A stretch of 9,934 nt of DNA from NCBI RefSeq assembly GCF_006345805.1, contig NW_021827719.1:1-9934 (forward strand). The letters run 5' to 3'. This DNA comes from Octopus sinensis. Taxonomy: Eukaryota. Below, piece after piece: positions 7,195 to 9,934 of this stretch. The notes under the pieces are model-generated. The model was given only the letters and a program-made list of their open reading frames with translations. It had not been told where the DNA came from and searched no databases. The first letter of the stretch is position 1; every line of letters begins with the position of its first letter. Made by a program: the position numbers and the translations under genes.

Positions 7195-7329
7195 TTTTTT
7201 ACCCCTGCTAAGGAGGTTATGTTTCTGCCAGTGTTGGTTTGGGAAATTGGGTGATTTTCAGCATTTGTGTATATGGGTGGAAATGAGCTGCTTGGGGGAG
7301 GTCTGCACTCTCCGAGTCCTTTTCTACTT
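7195..7329 (+). mobile_element. Helentron-type non-autonomous element, copy 2, internally deleted (~130 bp)
   Basis: Same ends as copy 1: ACCCCTGCTAAGGAGGTTATGTTT (7201-) and AAATGAGCTGCTTGGGGGAGGTCTGC (7281-7306). Followed by a 3' stem-loop GCACTC-TCC-GAGTCC (7305-7319) and TTTTCTACTT. Sits after a T10 run. Confidence 0.7.
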
Positions 7330-7330
7330 G

Positions 7331-8270
7331 TGAATAAGTTTGTCCACTAATATTGACTTTTATGAATATATTTGCTAATATATTTAATTGACTTTACAGA
7401 TGCACATATCGCTACATTACAAAGTCCTCCACATTTGTCTAAAAGGAAATGGGGAATATGGCACTACTGAATGATTATCTAATTTGAGTTTGATTTTGTA
7501 AAAGTAGAACCATTATTTTGACATTGTTAAAGTGGATAGCCATTATAACTGTAATGTATTTTCCTGAAAGTCTTTAAGGAAATGTCTTTTACATTTCCCA
7601 TCAACCATACATGTTGCATCAGTTTTAACTCTCCAACATGGACCATGTAGCATGCTTTTGGTGACATGTTGAAATAGAATTGGTTGTTTTTGTCAATTTG
7701 GAAGTTCTTCATAAACAAACTTATCATTATGTTCTAGGTCTAACTAAAATTCTTTTTAATATGAATAACATGAAACATTGAAGTAGTTCATGCTTTTGAA
7801 ACTCTATAGTCTACATGTACTCGGCAATCTCACCCAAAATGTTCTCCAAAGTGTCATGTTAGACATCTCTAAGTTTCATATTAAATACTCAGTCAGTTAA
7901 GTCTGGTCTGTTAGCTGGTGTCTGTCTTGGATAAAGTTCATCTTGTGATTTCTACCCAAAAATTGTCTTTTTAACTTTCAAACAATTCTTGGTAAAGTTC
8001 CTGCATCCATCATTGGTCTCCTATGAATGTTGGAGGTAATACCCTTTTACCAAGTTTTTGAGCCATGGGTATACTTGTAATCATGAATATTTTGATACAT
8101 TTCTGCCCTGATTTTTTTTTAAATACTGGATCCACTGTAACCTTGCTTCTTCAATCATAGTAATATTCCTGAGCAAACTGACCAGAGTAGTGAAGGAAAT
8201 TGAAATCATGTTCCCAAACCACGAGGCTACATTTGTAAAAATCCATCTGAGATATTTTATGACATTTACC
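7331..8270 (-). mobile_element. Helitron Rep (HUH endonuclease) domain relic, segment 2
   Basis: Motifs occur in the correct order across frameshifts: MDFYKCSLVV..FNFLHYSG (8181-8204); IEEARLQWI; LGKRVLPPTFIG (8019-8051); WVEIT/ELYPRQTPANRPDLTD*VFNMKL (NRPDL 7898-7912); ILGEIAEYM*TIEFQK (7793-7810); VTKSMLHGPC (7636-7653); CMVDGKCKRHF; NGYP; DNHSVVPYSP (7450-7479); CNVAICASVKSIKYISKYIHK (7359-7394). Confidence 0.92.
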
Positions 8271-8276
8271 GCAAAT

Positions 8277-8621
8277 CCTTTTATCCTTTTACTTGTTTCA
8301 GTCATTTTGACTGCAGCCATGCTGGAGCACCGCTTTTAGTTGAGCAAGTCGACCCCAGAACTTATTCTTTGTAAGCCTAGTACTTATTCTATTGGTCTCT
8401 TTTGCCGAACCAAGTTATGGGGACATAAACACGCCAGCATCAGTTGTCAAGCAATGTTGGGAGATGGACAAACACGCCAGCATCAGTTGTCAAGCAATGT
8501 TGGGGGATGGACAAACACACAAACATACATATATATATGACAGGCTTCTTTCAGTTTCCGTCTACCAAATCCACTCACAAGGCTTTGCTTGGCTCAAGGC
8601 TATAGTAGAAGACACTTGCCC
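8277..8621 (-). mobile_element. Octopus-type SINE, 5' (tRNA-derived head) missing
   Basis: Recalled high-copy Octopus repeat (cttttacttgtttcagtcatttgactg..gctggagcaccgcc..aagcctagtacttattct..cttctttcagtttccgtctaccaaatccactcacaaggcttt..tatagtagaagacacttgccc). Minus-strand 3' end has a short A-rich repeat tail (AAGTAAAAGGATAAAAGG). Interrupts the Helitron motif series. Not verified by search. Confidence 0.72.
8427..8518. repeat. 43-bp direct tandem duplication inside the SINE
   Basis: AAACACGCCAGCATCAGTTGTCAAGCAATGTTGGG(A/G)GATGGAC at 8427-8469 and 8470-8512, one mismatch, then AAACAC. Confidence 0.95.
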
Positions 8622-8820
8622 AGAATTTAAATTCACTCTTCATTGAATCGATTGTTTTAAGGGGAGTTTCACTAGAAACAAACTTTTTATGTAGTATCAG
8701 AAGTCATTGTGTTTGTACTGTTTCCAAATTCAAATCTGGCATAACTACTGCAACTTCTGCAGCTGGACAAGTTTGGTAACTCGTTGTAGGAATGTGTTTG
8801 TCTTCTGGAATGACTATTGA
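8622..8820 (-). mobile_element. Helitron Rep/helicase relic, segment 1 (upstream of the SINE)
   Basis: SIVIPEDKHIPTTSYQTCPAAEVAVVMPDLNLETVQTQ*LLILHKK..PLKTIDSM resembles the Helitron RYNxPxxxEVAxxx..RDIxL..L..I region (AAEVAVVMP 8737-8763). Strand and order match segment 2. Confidence 0.6.
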
Positions 8821-9194
8821 AAACTTGTGTGTTAAAAGTGTCTAAATATTTTATGCTGTTATTTTGCTGAAGAGGCTGAGTCTTTTTGAGAACCTCATAT
8901 TGCCAGAAGTCCTGTTCTTTGTTATCTCATCCCTTACGCTTGAGTCCTGAGCTCAGCCTTCACCATTTCATCTCATACCTTCTAGTAAGGTGTGGTTCAA
9001 GGGAGATTTGGCTGCTATTTCTAGCAAGTTAAGTGACCACATAGAGGTCTTACTCACTGATGACATATCTGTTGGATCTGGGTTGATGTACTCTTTGAAG
9101 TCTTTTTAATGCTTTCCAAAATAATTATTTTTAAAATTTTAAAGCTATTTAGGTTGATATATTTCAATAAAACTTTCACAAATTAGTGACAAAC

Positions 9195-9370
9195 ACACAC
9201 CTGTATCTATTTATCTATGCACACATATAAATAAGTACATTATGTGTATATATGCATATCTCTCTCTCCATGTGTGTATACGTACATACATACATACATA
9301 TACACACACACAACACACACACACACATGGATAGATATATATATATATATATGCCCCCCCCCACACACAC
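9195..9370. repeat. Compound (CA)n/(TA)n/(TACA)n microsatellite with a C9 run
   Basis: Direct reading; source of ORFs 9211-9402, 9244-9426 and 9252-9542. Confidence 0.9.
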
Positions 9371-9373
9371 AAA

Positions 9374-9495
9374 TTCATCATTGTCATTATCCTCATTACC
9401 ATTTATGTTCCGTTATTCCATGCTGACATGGTTTGACAGGATCCAACATGTTAAGAGGACTGTATCAAGTTCTAATGCCTGTTTTGGTATGGTTA
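9374..9495 (-). mobile_element. Probable retroposon (SINE/LINE) 3'-end fragment with degenerate (TGA)n tail
   Basis: Plus strand tcatcattgtcattatcctcattaccatttatgttccgttattccatgctgacatgg.. resembles a recalled Octopus repeat end ((CAT)n-tttaacgtccgttttccatgctagcatgg). Recall only. Confidence 0.45.
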
Positions 9496-9514
9496 GTATC
9501 AAGGGGTGTGGCTT

Positions 9515-9600
9515 ATGTATACATGTACACACACATATATAAGCATATTTATACACATATATACAAATGTATGCATATACAAACACACATATACTAAATA
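9515..9600. repeat. (TA)n/(CA)n low-complexity tract
   Basis: atgtatacatgtacacacacatatat..tatacacatatatacaaatgtatgcatatacaaacacacatatac. Confidence 0.85.
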
Positions 9601-9876
9601 TAAGATATTCTAAAAATTACTGTCATCATCACCTGTTCCCCTAAAATTGTCCCTTGCATTCCGCCCACCATAACAACTCCCTCAAACATTTTTTTTCTTC
9701 TTTCTTCTCAGACTTTTGACTACTTATATTCTTGCTGTGCCACTAAATTCTCAAAGTTGTCCAAATGAAATGATACAATGAATTCAGAGAAGATGAATTC
9801 TTCTAAAAGATTTTGTTAGCTTTCAACCATTTCTGTGTACTGCTTCCACTTCACTTACTGTAAATGTTCAAATGTT

Positions 9877-9934
9877 TGTATGTGTAAGTGTGTGCATGTG
9901 TATACATATGTTTGTGTACAAACACACACACACA
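9877..9934. repeat. (TG)n/(CA)n low-complexity tract running off the window end
   Basis: gtatgtgtaagtgtgtgcatgtgtatacatatgtttgtgtacaaacacacacacaca. Confidence 0.85.

Noticed and set aside
6396-8320. ORFs 6396-6626, 6676-6873, 7527-7727 and 8081-8320 as genes
   Set aside because: Shifted-frame pieces of the Helitron relic or reads through the HINE/SINE; only short stretches (FTEWMQIN, NGYP, IEEARLQWI) are in the ancestral frame.
8427-8512. 43-bp direct repeats as a CRISPR array
   Set aside because: Two adjacent units with no spacer, inside a eukaryotic SINE, and no cas genes.
8985-9050. GATTTGGCTGCTATTTCTAGCAAG.. resembling a recalled Octopus repeat fragment
   Set aside because: Short, with no boundaries or diagnostic structure identifiable without a search.
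8865-9075. CTGAAGAG (8865) and CTGATGA (9057) as hammerhead cores; also CTGAAGAG at 59 and CTGATGG at 3102
   Set aside because: None is followed by a stem II and GAAA at the required spacing.
8340-9542. ORFs at 8340-8646 and 9211-9542
   Set aside because: Derived from the SINE with its 43-bp duplication and from TA/CA microsatellites.

Overview
AT-rich eukaryotic DNA with TA/CA microsatellites. It is most likely intronic or intergenic DNA from a coleoid cephalopod (Octopus-like), judged from recalled repeat families rather than a search. No intact gene is present, and most listed ORFs are microsatellite or antisense artefacts. Manual translation across stops and frameshifts shows layered dead transposons. 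These are: a Ty3/Gypsy-type RT fragment (1299-1433,+); an RTE-type LINE (1444-3107,+) split by an unclassified ~260-bp insertion and lacking its RT core; two divergent Penelope-like GIY-YIG endonuclease relics (4333-4765 and 5250-5659, both -), one with an inverted copy of its own 3' end (4873-5094); an internally deleted mariner transposase (5658-6108,+); and a Helitron Rep/helicase relic (~6240-8820,-) interrupted by two Helentron-type non-autonomous elements and a SINE. Structure the elements do not explain includes a 53-bp near-perfect palindrome (3108-3160), a ~300-bp degenerate tandem duplication (3300-3897) and a possible 60-nt host exon (237-296). I found no convincing novel functional system; the best leads are structural and evolutionary.
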